Positions 1 to 12,652 of a DNA stretch of 64,000 nucleotides are shown here, piece by piece. Every line of letters begins with the position of its first letter. Within the stretch, counting starts at the first letter, position 1. The translations under genes were made by a program, and so were the position numbers. Under the pieces are notes generated by a model, which searched no databases, had not been told where the DNA came from, and saw only the letters and a program-made list of their open reading frames with translations. This DNA comes from Eledone cirrhosa (lineage: Eukaryota): NCBI GenBank assembly GCA_964016885.1, contig OZ024742.1, forward strand, positions 266,290,001 through 266,354,000, in the 5' to 3' direction.

Positions 1-294
1 ACAAAGCTAGTCATTTTCATCAGGTTTCCATGTCACAACCATTGATAATATGTGCATAAAATAGTAGTTTGCGAGCACCTTTTATGTCAAATTGGGTGGT
101 AAGCACAAAAAAAAAAAAATGCCAGATGAAAATTTGTCACACCAAAATCAATATCTTGGTGTGATGTAGTATGGTGATTTTTTGTGAAGTTTCTACAAAG
201 ATAGTCATTTTCGACAGGTTTCCATGTCATAATTATTGATAAGTGGAAAAAAAAGTCAATTGGGAGCACATTTAATGTCAGATTGGGTGGTAAG

Positions 295-325
<31 letters not shown>

Positions 326-1198
326 GAAACGGGAAGAAAACGTTTCACACCAAGATCAATAGCTTGGTGTGATGTAGTATGGTGTAATTTGGTATGGTGT
401 GGTTTGGTTTGGTTTGGTGAAGTTATGAAATGGAAACCAATTGTAAACGATAGATTCCCATGTCATATTCATTGATAATGTGTGAGAAAATAGTCATTTG
501 CAAGCACCTTTGATGTTAGTTTGAGGTGGTAACCACAAAAAAAAAAAAAATCAGGTAGCAAATTTGTCACATTGATGTCCATACCATGGTGTGATGTAAA
601 TGGTAGTAGGTGTTCTGTAATAAATTTACCATATAGTGAAGTATGGTTATGGTGAATTTATTGTGTGGATTGAGGTAGATTAATATGCTGTGGTGTGCTT
701 TGTTATAAGTGAGGATTTAAATTTCCACTTTGATTTATGTGAGAAAAAAAATTTTCCCTTCATTTTTGCATGTGTTATCGACTTCCAAGATGCTCGCAGT
801 GGACTATGCTTTTAGCATATTAACAAAAAATATGACTTCCGCTGCAATAAAAAATGACTAGCTTTCTAAATAGTATTTCCACCCACATCCTCCCTCTTTT
901 ATCTACAAAGCTAGTCATTTTCATCAGGTTTCCATGTCACAACCATTGATAATATGTGCATAAAATAGTAGTTTGCGAGCACCTTTTATGTCAAATTGGG
1001 TGGTAAGCACAAAAAAAAAAAAATGCCAGATGAAAATTTGTCACACCAAAATCAATATCTTGGTGTGATGTAGTATGGTGATTTTTTGTGAAGTTTCTAC
1101 AAAGATAGTCATTTTCGACAGGTTTCCATGTCATAATTATTGATAAGTGGAAAAAAAAGTCAATTGGGAGCACATTTAATGTCAGATTGGGTGGTAAG

Positions 1199-1229
<31 letters not shown>

Positions 1230-2686
1230 GAAACGGGAAGAAAACGTTTCACACCAAGATCAATAGCTTGGTGTGATGTAGTATGGTGTAATTTGGTATG
1301 GTGTGGTTTGGTTTGGTTTGGTGAAGTTATGAAATGGAAACCAATTGTAAACGATAGATTCCCATGTCATATTCATTGATAATGTGTGAGAAAATAGTCA
1401 TTTGCAAGCACCTTTGATGTTAGTTTGAGGTGGTAACCACAAAAAAAAAAAAAATCAGGTAGCAAATTTGTCACATTGATGTCCATACCATGGTGTGATG
1501 TAAATGGTAGTAGGTGTTCTGTAATAAATTTACCATATAGTGAAGTATGGTTATGGTGAATTTATTGTGTGGATTGAGGTAGATTAATATGCTGTGGTGT
1601 GCTTTGTTATAAGTGAGGATTTAAATTTCCACTTTGATTTATGTGAGAAAAAAAATTTTCCCTTCATTTTTGCATGTGTTATCGACTTCCAAGATGCTCG
1701 CAGTGGACTATGCTTTTAGCATATTAACAAAAAATATGACTTCCGCTGCAATAAAAAATGACTAGCTTTCTAAATAGTATTTCCACCCACATCCTCCCTC
1801 TTTTATCTACAAAGCTAGTCATTTTCATCAGGTTTCCATGTCACAACCATTGATAATATGTGCATAAAATAGTAATTTGCGAGCACCTTTTATGTCAAAT
1901 TGGGTGGTAAGCACACAAAAAAAAAAAAAAAAATGCCAGATGAAAATTTGTCACACCAAAATCAATATCTTGGTGTGATGTAGTATGGTGATTTTTTTGT
2001 GAAATTTCTACAAAGATAGTCATTTTCGACAGGTTTCCATGTCATAATTATTGATAAGTGGAAAAAAAAGTCAATTGGGAGCACATTTAATGTCAGATTG
2101 GGTGGTAAGCACACACACACACAAAAAAAAAAAAAAAAGGAAACGGGAAGAAAACGTTTCACACCAAGATCAATAGCTTGGTGTGATGTAGTATGGTGTA
2201 ATTTGGTATGGTGTGGTTTGGTTTGGTTTGGTGAAGTTATGAAATGGAAACCAATTGTAAACGATAGATTCCCATGTCATATTCATTGATAATGTGTGGG
2301 AAAATAGTCATTTGCAAGCACCTTTGATGTTAGTTTGAGGTGGTAACCACAAAAAAAAAAAAAAATCTGGTAACAAATTTGTCACATTGATGTCCATACC
2401 ATGGTGTGATGTAAATGGTAGTAGGTGTTCTGTAATAAATTTACCATATAGTGAAGTATGGTTATGGTGAATTTATGGTGTGGATTGAGGTAGATTAATG
2501 TGCTGTGGTGTGCTTTGTTATAAGTGAGGATTTAAATTTCCACTTTGATTTATGTTAGAAAAAAAATTTTCCCTTCATTTTTGCATGTGCTATCAACTTC
2601 CAAGAGGCTCGCAGTGGACTATGCTTTTAGCATATTAATAAAAAATATGACTTCCGCTGCAATAAAAAATGACTAGCTTTCTAAAT
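1..2686. repeat. Tandem satellite, ~904-bp unit, 3 copies in view (runs off the left edge)
   Basis: Unit start acaaagctagtcattttcatcagg at 1, 905 and 1809. Copies are near-identical apart from A-run lengths; ORFs 87/991 and 236/1140 are duplicated. Confidence 0.97.
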
Positions 2687-5600
2687 GGTGTTTGTTTTAG
2701 TGTTTAGGTTAATGTTAGCTTAGTTTTCTGGTTAGCATCAGTTTTTGTGTTAGTTTTAGTGTTAGTGTTCAGGTTAATGTTAGTGTTTTTTTTAGTGTTA
2801 GTTTTTGTGGTAGTGTTATAGTTACTGCTCAGATCAGTGTTAGTGTTTGTGTTACTGTTTATGGTAGTGTTAGTTTTAGTGATAGTGTTTAGGTTAATGT
2901 TATTTTTAGTGTAAGTGTTCAGGTTAGTGTTAGTGTTCAAGTTATGTTAGTGTTAATGTTAGCTTTAGTGTTAAAGTTAGTGTTAAAGATTGTGTTAGTG
3001 TTTTTTTTTGTGTTAATATTTGTGTTCGTATCTCTGTTAGCATTAGTGATTGATGTTTCCATTAGTGTTAGTGATTGTGTTAGCGTTAGTCTTTGTTTTT
3101 GTGTTAATGTTAGCATTAGTATTTCTGTTAGTGTTAGCATGAGTGTTTTTGTTAGTGTTCAGGTTAATGTTAGTTTTAGTGTTAGAGATTGTATTAGTGT
3201 TTGTTTTTGTGTTAATATTTGTGTTAGTATCTCTGTTAGTGTTAGTTTTAGTGTAAGTGTTCAGGTTAGTGTTAGTGTTCAAGTTAATGTTAGTGTTAGT
3301 TTTAGTGTTAAGGTTAGTGTTAGAGATTGTGTTAGTGTTAGTATTTGTTTTTGTGTTAATATTTGTGTTAGCATTAGTGTTTGATGTTTCCATTAGTGTT
3401 AGTGATTGTGTTAGCGTTAGTCTTTGTTTTTGTGTTAATGTTAGCATTAGTATTTCTGTTAGTGTTAGCATGAGTGTTTGTGTTAGTGTTCAGGTTAATG
3501 TTAGCTTAGTTTTCAGGTTAGTGTTAGTGTTCAAATTAATGTTAGTTTTAGTGTTAGAGATTGTATTAGTGTTTGTTTTTGTGTTAATATTTGTGTTAGT
3601 ATCTCTGTTAGTGTTAGTTTTAGTGTAAGTGTTCAGGTTAGTGTTAGTGTTCAAGTTAATGTTAGTGTTAGTTTTAGTGTTAAGGTTAGTGTTAGAGATT
3701 GTGTTAGTGTTAGTATTTGTTTTTGTGTTAATATTTGTGTTAGTATCTCTGTTAGCATTAGTGTTTGATGTTTCCATTAGTGTTAGTGATTGTGTTAGCG
3801 TTAGTCTTTGTTTTTGTGTTAATGTTAGCATTAGTATTTCTGTTAGTGTTAGCATGAGTGTTTGTGTTAGTGTTCAGGTTAATGTTAGCTTAGTTTTCAG
3901 GTTAGTGTTAGTGTTCAGGTTAATGTTAGTTTTAGTGTTAGAGATTGTATTAGTGTTTGTTTTTGTGTTAATATTTGTGTTAGTATCTCTGTTAGTGTTA
4001 GTTTTAGTGTAAGTGTTCAGGTTAGTGTTAGTGTTCAAGTTAATGTTAGTGTTAGTTTTAGTGTTAAGGTTAGTGTTAGAGATTGTGTTAGTGTTAGTAT
4101 TTGTTTTTGTGTTAATATTTGTGTTAGCATTAGTGTTTGATGTTTCCATTAGTGTTAGTGATTGTGTTAGCGTTAGTCTTTGTTTTTGTGTTAATGTTAG
4201 CATTAGTATTTCTGTTAGTGTTAGCATGAGTGTTTGTGTTAGTGTTCAGGTTAATGTTAGCTTAGTTTTCAGGTTAGTGTTAGTGTTCAAATTAATGTTA
4301 GTTTTAGTGTTAGAGATTGTATTAGTGTTTGTTTTTGTGTTAATATTTGTGTTAGTATCTCTGTTAGTGTTAGTTTTAGTGTAAGTGTTCAGGTTAGTGT
4401 TAGTGTTCAAGTTAATGTTAGTGTTAGTTTTAGTGTTAAGGTTAGTGTTAGAGATTGTGTTAGTGTTAGTATTTGTTTTTGTGTTAATATTTGTGTTAGT
4501 ATCTCTGTTAGCATTAGTGTTTGATGTTTCCATTAGTGTTAGTGATTGTGTTAGCGTTAGTCTTTGTTTTTGTGTTAATGTTAGCATTAGTATTTCTGTT
4601 AGTGTTAGCATGAGTGTTTGTGTTAGTGTTCAGGTTAATGTTAGCTTAGTTTTCAGGTTAGTGTTAGTGTTCAGGTTAATGTTAGTTTTAGTGTTAGAGA
4701 TTGTATTAGTGTTTGTTTTTGTGTTAATATTTGTGTTAGTATCTCTGTTAGTGTTAGTTTTAGTGTAAGTGTTCAGGTTAGTGTTAGTGTTCAAGTTAAT
4801 GTTAGTGTTAGTTTTAGTGTTAAGGTTAGTGTTAGAGATTGTGTTAGTGTTAGTATTTGTTTTTGTGTTAATATTTGTGTTAGCATTAGTGTTTGATGTT
4901 TCCATTAGTGTTAGTGATTGTGTTAGCGTTAGTCTTTGTTTTTGTGTTAATGTTAGCATTAGTATTTCTGTTAGTGTTAGCATGAGTGTTTGTGTTAGTG
5001 TTCAGGTTAATGTTAGCTTAGTTTTCAGGTTAGTGTTAGTGTTCAAATTAATGTTAGTTTTAGTGTTAGAGATTGTATTAGTGTTTGTTTTTGTGTTAAT
5101 ATTTGTGTTAGTATCTCTGTTAGTGTTAGTTTTAGTGTAAGTGTTCAGGTTAGTGTTAGTGTTCAAGTTAATGTTAGTGTTAGTTTTAGTGTTAAGGTTA
5201 GTGTTAGAGATTGTGTTAGTGTTAGTATTTGTTTTTGTGTTAATATTTGTGTTAGTATCTCTGTTAGCATTAGTGTTTGATGTTTCCATTAGTGTTAGTG
5301 ATTGTGTTAGCGTTAGTCTTTGTTTTTGTGTTAATGTTAGCATTAGTATTTCTGTTAGTGTTAGCATGAGTGTTTGTGTTAGTGTTCAGGTTAATGTTAG
5401 CTTAGTTTTCAGGTTAGTGTTAGTGTTCAAATTAATGTTAGTTTTAGTGTTAGAGATTGTATTAGTGTTTGTTTTTGTGTTAATATTTGTGTTAGTATCT
5501 CTGTTAGTGTTAGTTTTAGTGTAAGTGTTCAGGTTAGTGTTAGTGTTCAAGTTAATGTTAGTGTTAGTGTTAAGGTTAGTGTTAGAGATTGTGTTAGTGT

Positions 5601-7015
5601 TAGTATTTGTTTTTGTGTTAATATTTGTGTTAGTATCTCTGTTAGCATTAGTGTTTGATGTTTCCATTAGTGTTAGTGATTGTGTTAGCGTTAGTCTTTG
5701 TTTTTGTGTTAAAGTTAGCGTTCATGTTAGCATTAGTATTTCTGTTTGTGTTAGCTTTAGTGTTTATGTTTGTGTTCAGGTTAATGTTAGCTTAGTTTTC
5801 GGGTTAGAGTTAGTGTTCAAGTTAATGTTAGTTTTAGTGTTAGTGTTGAGGTTAGTGTTAGAGATTGTGTTAGTGTTTGTTTTTGTGTTGAAGTTAATGT
5901 TAGCTTAGTTTTCTGGTTAGTATCAGTTTTCAGATTAGTGTTTGTGTTACTTTTAGTGTTAGTGCTCAGGTCAGTGTTAGTGTTTATGGTAGTGTTAGTT
6001 TTAGTGCTAGTGTTCAGGCTAATGTTTGTGCTAATGTTAGTTTTAGTGTAAGTATTCAGGTTAGTGTTAGTGTTTGTATTAGTGTTTACGGTAGTGTTAG
6101 TTTTAGTGCTGGTGTTCAAGTTAGTGTTAGTGTTCAGGTTAGTGTTAGTGTTTACGGTAATGTTAGTTTTAGTGTTAGTGTTATTTTTCCATTAGTGTTA
6201 GTGTTTTATTTTGTGTTAATGTTTGTGTTAGTGTTTCCATTAGTGTTAGTCTTTGTTTTTCTGTCAATGTTAGTGTTTGTTTTAGTGTTGAGGTTAATGT
6301 TAGCTTAGTTTTCTGGTTAGTGTCAGTTTTCGTGTTAGTTTTAGTGTTAAGGTTAATGTTAATGTTTTTTAGTGTTAGTTTTTATGGTAGTGTTAGTGTT
6401 AGTGTTAGTGTTCAGATCAGTGTTAGTGTTACTGTTTATGGTAATGTTAGTTTTTGTGCTAGTGTTTAGGTTAATGTTAGTTTTAGTGTTAAGGTTAGTG
6501 TTAGTGTTCAGGTTAATGTTAGCTTAGATTTCAGGTTAGAGTTAGTGTTCTAGTTAATGTTAGTTTTAGTGTTTGTTTTTGTGTTAATATTTGTGTTAGT
6601 ATCTCTGTTAGCGTTAGTGTTTGTTTTAGTGTTGAAGTTAATGTTAGCTTAGTTTTCTGGTTAGTATCAGTTTTCAGATTAGTGTTTGTGTTAGTGTTAC
6701 TTTTAGTGTTAGTGCTCAGGTCAGTGTTAGTGTTTATGGTAGTGTTAGTTTTAGTGCTAGTGTTCAGGCTAATGTTTGTGCTAAAGTTAGTTTTAGTGTA
6801 AGTCTTCAGGTTAGTATTAGTGTCAGTTTTAGTGTTAGTGTTTGTGTTAGTTTTCTATTTAATGTTAGTTTTCAGATTTTGTGTTTGTGTTAGTTTTCAT
6901 GTTAGCGCTAAGTTCACTGTTAGGGCATGTGTGAGTGCAAGTGTTAGAGCATATGTGAGTGCAAGTGTTAGGGTAAGTTATTTTTAAAGTTCGGTTTTAG
7001 CTTAAAGTTAGGTTT
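2687..7015. repeat. Degenerate (GTTAGT)n hexamer satellite with a homogeneous 372/384-bp alternating (756-bp) higher-order core
   Basis: Hexamer GTTAGT variants throughout. Repeated ORF starts at 3257, 3629, 4013, 4385, 4769, 5141 and 5525 give spacings of 372, 384, 372, 384, 372, 384. The flanks are more diverged. Confidence 0.95.
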
Positions 7016-7339
7016 TCTACTTTCCCGGAAAAAAGTTGATCCTCTCTAACTTGAGTGGTGTGATATAGTGTGGTAAAGTATAGTGTTTCATAGTCTTGTG
7101 TGGTGTTGTCTATTGTTGTATAGTGTAGTATGGTATATTATTTCATAGCATGGTCTGATGTGAGGTCGTACAGTGCTTCGTAGTGTGGTGTTGGATAATG
7201 TGGTATGGTATAATGTTTGTCAGTGTGGTGTGGTATGGTATAGGTTGATGTAGTGTGGCTTAGTTTGATTATAATACTACAAATAATAATAACAATAATA
7301 ATAGTAATAATAATTGTTCTTCTTGTTCATTTTCTTTGT

Positions 7340-7512
7340 CTTCTGTGCCTTTGTCTTCTTCTGTGCCTTTGACTGCTTCTGTGCCTTTGACTGCTTCTGT
7401 GCCTTTGACTTCTTCTGTGCCTTTGACTTCTTCTGTGCCTTTGACTTCTTCTGTGCCTTTATCTTCTCCTGTGCCTTTGACTTCTTCTGTGTCTTTGACT
7501 TCTGTGCCTTTA
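7340..7512. repeat. 18-bp minisatellite (cttctgtgcctttgactt), encoding KGTEEV on the minus strand
   Basis: About 9 copies visible directly. Confidence 0.9.
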
Positions 7513-8394
7513 TGTTCTCTTCTGCCATCTAAATACCAAAAACAAAGAATGTAAAACATATATGTTGCCTATCTCTCAGACTTTACAAAGTGCTGAGGAG
7601 ATAAAGTTAATTTAAAGAGCAGTGTGCTCATGCACTGTGATCCTATAATGTAGCTTATAAGCTATTTCATAACTAAAAAACAATGTCAAACATCAACAAA
7701 AGTATATACAAATATCTTTGAATGTTTAAGTTAAACCTATATAGATCGTATCTACAGGTCATTGGGTTAAGACTGAACTAAGATCATATCTATAAATCAT
7801 TTAGACTGAACTGAGATCATACTTTCTTCTTCTTTTCGTCATCTTCGTTTCCTGTGTCTTCTTTGTCTTTGTTGTCATTTTCATTTTAGTCGTCTGCTTC
7901 GTCATCTTTTTTCTTCTTTTCCATCTAAATATAAAAAAAAATTGTAAACAAATATATAGCTGATCTCTCAGACTTTCAAGAAACACTGAGGAGATACAGT
8001 TAATATAACGAGTGGGGAGCTCATATATATATATATATGGTATAGCATGGTGTTATGTGGTCTGGTGTGGTACAACATGGTGTGATGTGGTGAGGCGGGG
8101 GAGGGGGGGACACAACGTTAGATTAATGTTAACAATACACATGTAGCATCCACATGTGATGAGAAGGGGGAAACAGTGTTTAATTAATTTTAACATTACA
8201 TATAGCATCCATCTACAGGTGATTAAGTTAAGACTGAGGTGTAATCATATGAAAAGGTCAATTTAAAACTACACTGAGATTCTGCTTAAAATGATGGCCA
8301 ATGAAGTGTTTACTTACTCAGATCCTTTGAAATAACTTTCTTTCTCTTACTGTAACTGGACATACCTACGAAATAGAAAACAGTCAAATAGACA

Positions 8395-8690
8395 GTGGTG
8401 TGGTGTAGTGTGGTGTGGTGTAGTGTAGTGGAGTGTGGTGGAGTGGAGTGTGGTGTGGTTCAATGTAGGGTGGGGAATATGGTGTAGTGGAGTGTGGTGG
8501 GATGTAGTGTGGTAGCATGTGGTGTGATGGCATGTGATGTGATGTGATGTGATGTATCGAGGAGTGGTGAAATGTGATGTGGTCTGATGTGGTGTGGTGT
8601 GGTGTGGTGTGGTGTGGTGTGATGTGACGAGATGGGGTGTGGTGTGATGTGATGGCGTGCGGAGTGATTTGATGTGGTGTGATGTGAAAT
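8395..8690. repeat. Degenerate (GTGTG/GTGAT)n pentamer tract; similar tracts at ~7056-7260, 8036-8095 and 9455-9525
   Basis: Direct inspection. Confidence 0.9.
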
Positions 8691-8699
8691 TTTTTCATC

Positions 8700-9440
8700 C
8701 TATTTTACATGTGCTATCAACTAATCCAATCTCCAAGATGCTTGAAACTGACTTTTTCCCCCCCGGGAAAACGGCGGGGTGAGGTGGTTCCCTCTTCACC
8801 CGGATAACCCCTGCTTACTCGGAATCTTCTTTTTGATTCTATTTTCATGCGTTATCAGTGAATATGACTTCCAAACCAGTCAAAAACAACTAGCTTTGGA
8901 GAAAGAGGAGGGGGAGAGGGGAAGAGTTTTGCAGATCTACACCCCACTCACATGTTGTGGGACTTAATCATTTTCGGTATATTTCCTGTGCTATTTCCTA
9001 TGCTATTTCCTATGCTATTTCCTATGCTATTTCCTATGCTATTTCCTATGCTATTTCCTGTGCTATTAATTAATCTGACCTCATAGATGCTTCCAATCAA
9101 CTTATTTCCCTGGGTTAGGTTTAGGGTTTAGTTTTAGAGTTGAGCAACTAAAAGGTCAGATTAGTTGATAGCACTCAAAAGGAGACCGAAGAAAAATCAT
9201 TAGGGTATATATCTACAAAACGACAATGGTTTTTCCACCTGCTTTACCCCTCATTTTTCCTAGAACAACTAATCATTTCCAACTGGTTTGGAGGTCATAT
9301 TCGTTGATAACATACGAAAAATCTTAGAAAAAACTCTGGGGTTAAATGAGAGAAGTGCATCCACCTAAGTTTTCCACGGAGAGAGAGTCAATAACAAACA
9401 TCTTGGAGTTCGGATTAGTTGATAACACATGAAAAAAAGA
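8700..9440. mobile_element. Foldback/MITE-like element with nested inverted repeats, a 12-bp minisatellite (tgctatttccta x~7) and a central TTAGGG-like tract
   Basis: catgtgctatcaactaatccaatctccaagatg (~8708) is inverted at ~9398-9431. atatgacttccaaaccagt (~8862) is inverted at ~9282-9300. gggttaggtttagggttt at ~9112. Confidence 0.6.
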
Positions 9441-9723
9441 TAAGGAAAAAATGTTGGGTGTTATGTGGTGTGGAGTACTGTGGTGCGGTGCAGTGTGGTG
9501 TTGTGCAGTGCGGTGTTGTGCAGTGAGGTTCTTCATCTTTATCTTTCTCTTCTTCATCTTTGTATTCATCTTCTTTGTTTTATCTTCCATCTAAACAAAA
9601 AAAAAATATATATATAAAACATATATGTAGCCAATCTCTCAGACTTTTACAAAGCTCCAGGGAGATAAATTTAATATAAGTGGTGTGTTCCTGAACAGAG
9701 ATACTACAAAATAGCTTAAAAGC

Positions 9724-9757
<34 letters not shown>

Positions 9758-9880
9758 AATAAATATACACGGGTGTGTATGATTGTGTATAAAAGATTAT
9801 ATTAATAAAAGGAATTCCAACTTTGTCTGATTTACTCGTTTTATTTACAATCCTTTAAAATTATAATGGTATTAGAATGA

Positions 9881-10968
9881 AATAGTATGGTAGAATATTA
9901 AGTGTTAAGTGTTAATTGAACAAGTGTTAAGTGTTAATTTCATGCTTTCGCAATCTTCAGGTTCATATTTTGTGGTGACAGTCAAGTTTACAATTTTCAA
10001 CTGTAATGAGATGGGTAAATGTTGTGCCTTATATACAGTGAAAAGCGGCTACAGGATGCTAAATTTTGCAAACTGTATTTCGACCAATCGGTGTGTAGTT
10101 TCACTGGATTACTGAAGCTGATTGGTTTAGGCATCACGGTTGGTTGGGCATGTCTAACGACTTCTATTTGGCCCTATTCAAAGCATCAATTATTTTGCTA
10201 TTTTTAGAAATGATGAAAATAGCATTTTCTAGGGTTTTTATACCCCTAAGAATTATTATTGTTCATTTAGCTTGGGTTGGAATTTTGAAAATTATTCCCA
10301 AATGCAAATATGAACTGCAAAAGCAGAAATCTAATTTACTGAATTAAATGCCCGAATTGTGAAGAACTATATGTCGGTCAAACTGGAAATGCACTATCGG
10401 AACGTGCACGGGTGCACCGACAGCAAATCAGAGACCCCCAAATGTCTGTCAGATACCCATGAGTAACCATCTAGCAACATGTGGTCAGAAAATATTTATA
10501 ATATTTCCATTCTACAAATTACACAGGCCAAGTGAAATCAAGAGAAAAATCAAAGAAAAGAATTTTATTGATAAATTCCAACCCAAGCTAAATGAACAAT
10601 AATAATTCTTAGGGGTATAAAAACCCTAGAAAATACTATTTACATCATTTCTAAAAATAGCAAAACAATTGATACTTTGGATAGAGCCAAATAGAAGTCG
10701 TTAGACATGCTCATCCAACCATGACGCCTAAACCAATCAGCTTCAGTAATCCAGTGAAACTACACACCAATTGGTCGAAATACAGTTTGCAAAATTTAGC
10801 ATTCTGTAGCCGCTTTTCACTGTATATAAGGCACAACATTTACCCATCTCATTACAGTTGAAAATTGCAAACTTGACTGTCACCACAGAATATGAACCTG
10901 AAGATTGCGAAAGCATGAAAGTACTTGTTCAATTAACATTTAACACTTAATATTCTACCATACTATTC
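9881..10968 (+). mobile_element. 5'-truncated Penelope-like element: GIY-YIG C-terminal remnant flanked by ~400-bp inverted pseudo-LTRs
   Basis: The spacer translates NLIY*IKCPNCEELYVGQTGNALSERARVHRQQIRDP...FIDKFQPKLNEQ* (10328-10601). 9881-10285 is the reverse complement of 10573-10968. Confidence 0.85.
10893..10931 (+). ncRNA. Minimal type-I hammerhead ribozyme motif in the Penelope pseudo-LTR
   Basis: TGAAC-CTGAAGA-tTGC gaaa GCAt-GAAA-GTAC-TT-GTTCA. Stem I TGAAC/GTTCA, palindromic stem III AGTACT, predicted CUU site; the 10.1-11.1 pair is U-U. Confidence 0.65.
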
Positions 10969-10977
10969 AGATTACAT

Positions 10978-11435
10978 CTATAAAATTCAGATTACATCTA
11001 TATATATACACATACATATATATATATACATTCATATATATACATACGTACACACATATACATATATACAAATACACATATATATATATACATTCATATA
11101 TATATACATACATACACACATATACATATATACAAATACACATATATGCATATATATACACATATACATATATATACATGCACATATATACATATACAAT
11201 ATGTATAGGATTCCTTTCCCTTTGAGCACATAATTCACAGGGAATAACGCGACTCTATGGCTCCGTTAATTTATCTTCATATATATATATATATATACAT
11301 ACATACACATATGCATATACATACACACACATATGCATACACACACATGCATACACACATATATACATACACACATATATATATACATACACACGCACAT
11401 GTATATAGATATACATACATATATATACATATAAT
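10978..11435. repeat. (TA)n/(TACA)n/(CA)n microsatellite tract
   Basis: Direct inspection. Confidence 0.95.
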
Positions 11436-12190
11436 ATAAGATCAAAAGATGGTTAAAAGAGTTCCATGTATTTTATTATGCGCATTTCAAAAACAAATAT
11501 CATCATGAGATGACATTTGCGTTTTCGTCAGATAAAATAGGGATACATGATATGAAGGTTAAAAAACACTTGTGAATAGTGCAGTTTTAAATCAACATAT
11601 GAAAAGTAATTTAAGATTGATGTGTGATATTGGGGAAAAAATGAGGGGGGGGGGTGAAAAAGAGGAGGAGATGAGAGTAAAGAATGGTGGGGGTGGAGTA
11701 TAATAAGGAAGGATGAGATAGGAGGAGAGATGGGTGATAGAAAGAGAGAGATAGCCTTTATAACTGAGAAAAAATATATATTGTTTCACAGAGAGAGGTT
11801 AAAAAGCCGTTGGAAGATAATATATAATTTAAAAGAATTTGAAAATTGATGAAGAGAAAAAATTAAGAATAATATTAAATTAAGGTTTGTATATTGAAGG
11901 GTTTAATAATTATTATATATATGTATAAGGTACTTGACGATGAGCATTCTAGTTGTTCAATAAACTGATTGAATAATACAAACCATGTTTTAATATACAG
12001 ATTCATTATTTGTGTATATATAATATATACAAAGCATATAAATAAATTTACAGTAGAATAACATAGCAAATATGTTTTAAATATATACATAAATAACATT
12101 ACCAATGCTTAAATAACATTATAAATTGCTCGCGATTCTTTCAGAAGGATATATTCCTTTAATGTTGCAATATTAAAGAAAATATACGTA
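11431..12190 (-). mobile_element. Non-coding hammerhead-bearing repeat (Penelope pLTR-like), same family as 14457-15428
   Basis: 11431-11630 matches 14457-14660 directly. 11660-11915 matches the reverse complement of ~14985-15230. Confidence 0.7.
11469..11539 (-). ncRNA. Type-I hammerhead ribozyme
   Basis: TATTTTAT-CTGACGA-aaacgcaaatgtcatc tcat gatgatatttgttttt-GAAA-TGCGCA-TA-ATAAAATA. 8-bp stem I, long stem II, palindromic stem III, AUA site. Confidence 0.85.
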
Positions 12191-12313
12191 TATATATACA
12201 TACATATATTTATTCAACTAAGGAAAGTTGGTTGATTGAAAATCTGCCAACTCTTTCATAACTGATGACAAACACTCAACAGTTTATGTTTATCCGGAGT
12301 TTTATTATAATAA

Positions 12314-12621
12314 CTAGACCACCCGTGACCCGTTGGGTCATGTTCACTTTAAAATATTTTTTTTTAAATCGTGTTCACTTAAAAATAATTTTTAAATAGT
12401 AAAAATATACACAGACATGTATATAATGTGAAATGAAACTGGAAGACCTATATATATATACGTGAGTGTATGTATATATATATATGTGTGTCTGTGTGTG
12501 TAAACATATACATATATATGTATGTGTATATATATATATATATATGTGTGGATGTCTGTGATCTACATGCACTGGTCATAATCATACACATATATATATA
12601 TATATATTCACACACACTCAC

Positions 12622-12652
<31 letters not shown>

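Larger units (their letters stand above)
7269..9590 (-). pseudogene. Decayed multi-exon gene or lncRNA with three paralogous acidic/Lys-rich exons plus a 48-bp exon
   Basis: Three tttag|ATGG acceptors at 9590, 7924 and 7528 with homologous upstream intron sequence. Exon 8365-8318 (cgtag|...|gtaagt) is 48 bp and exon 7924-7823 (|gtatga) is 102 bp. The acidic frame is broken in two of the exons. Confidence 0.45.

Noticed and set aside
2704-6119. Long VLVLV / TNTNT / SVSVS ORFs
   Set aside because: Translation by-products of the hexamer satellite.
2687-7015. True telomere
   Set aside because: The unit is degenerate TTAGTG rather than TTAGGG, and it is internal with complex sequence on both sides.
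12255-12300. ctgatga followed by a weak stem
   Set aside because: No GAAA box or stem III.
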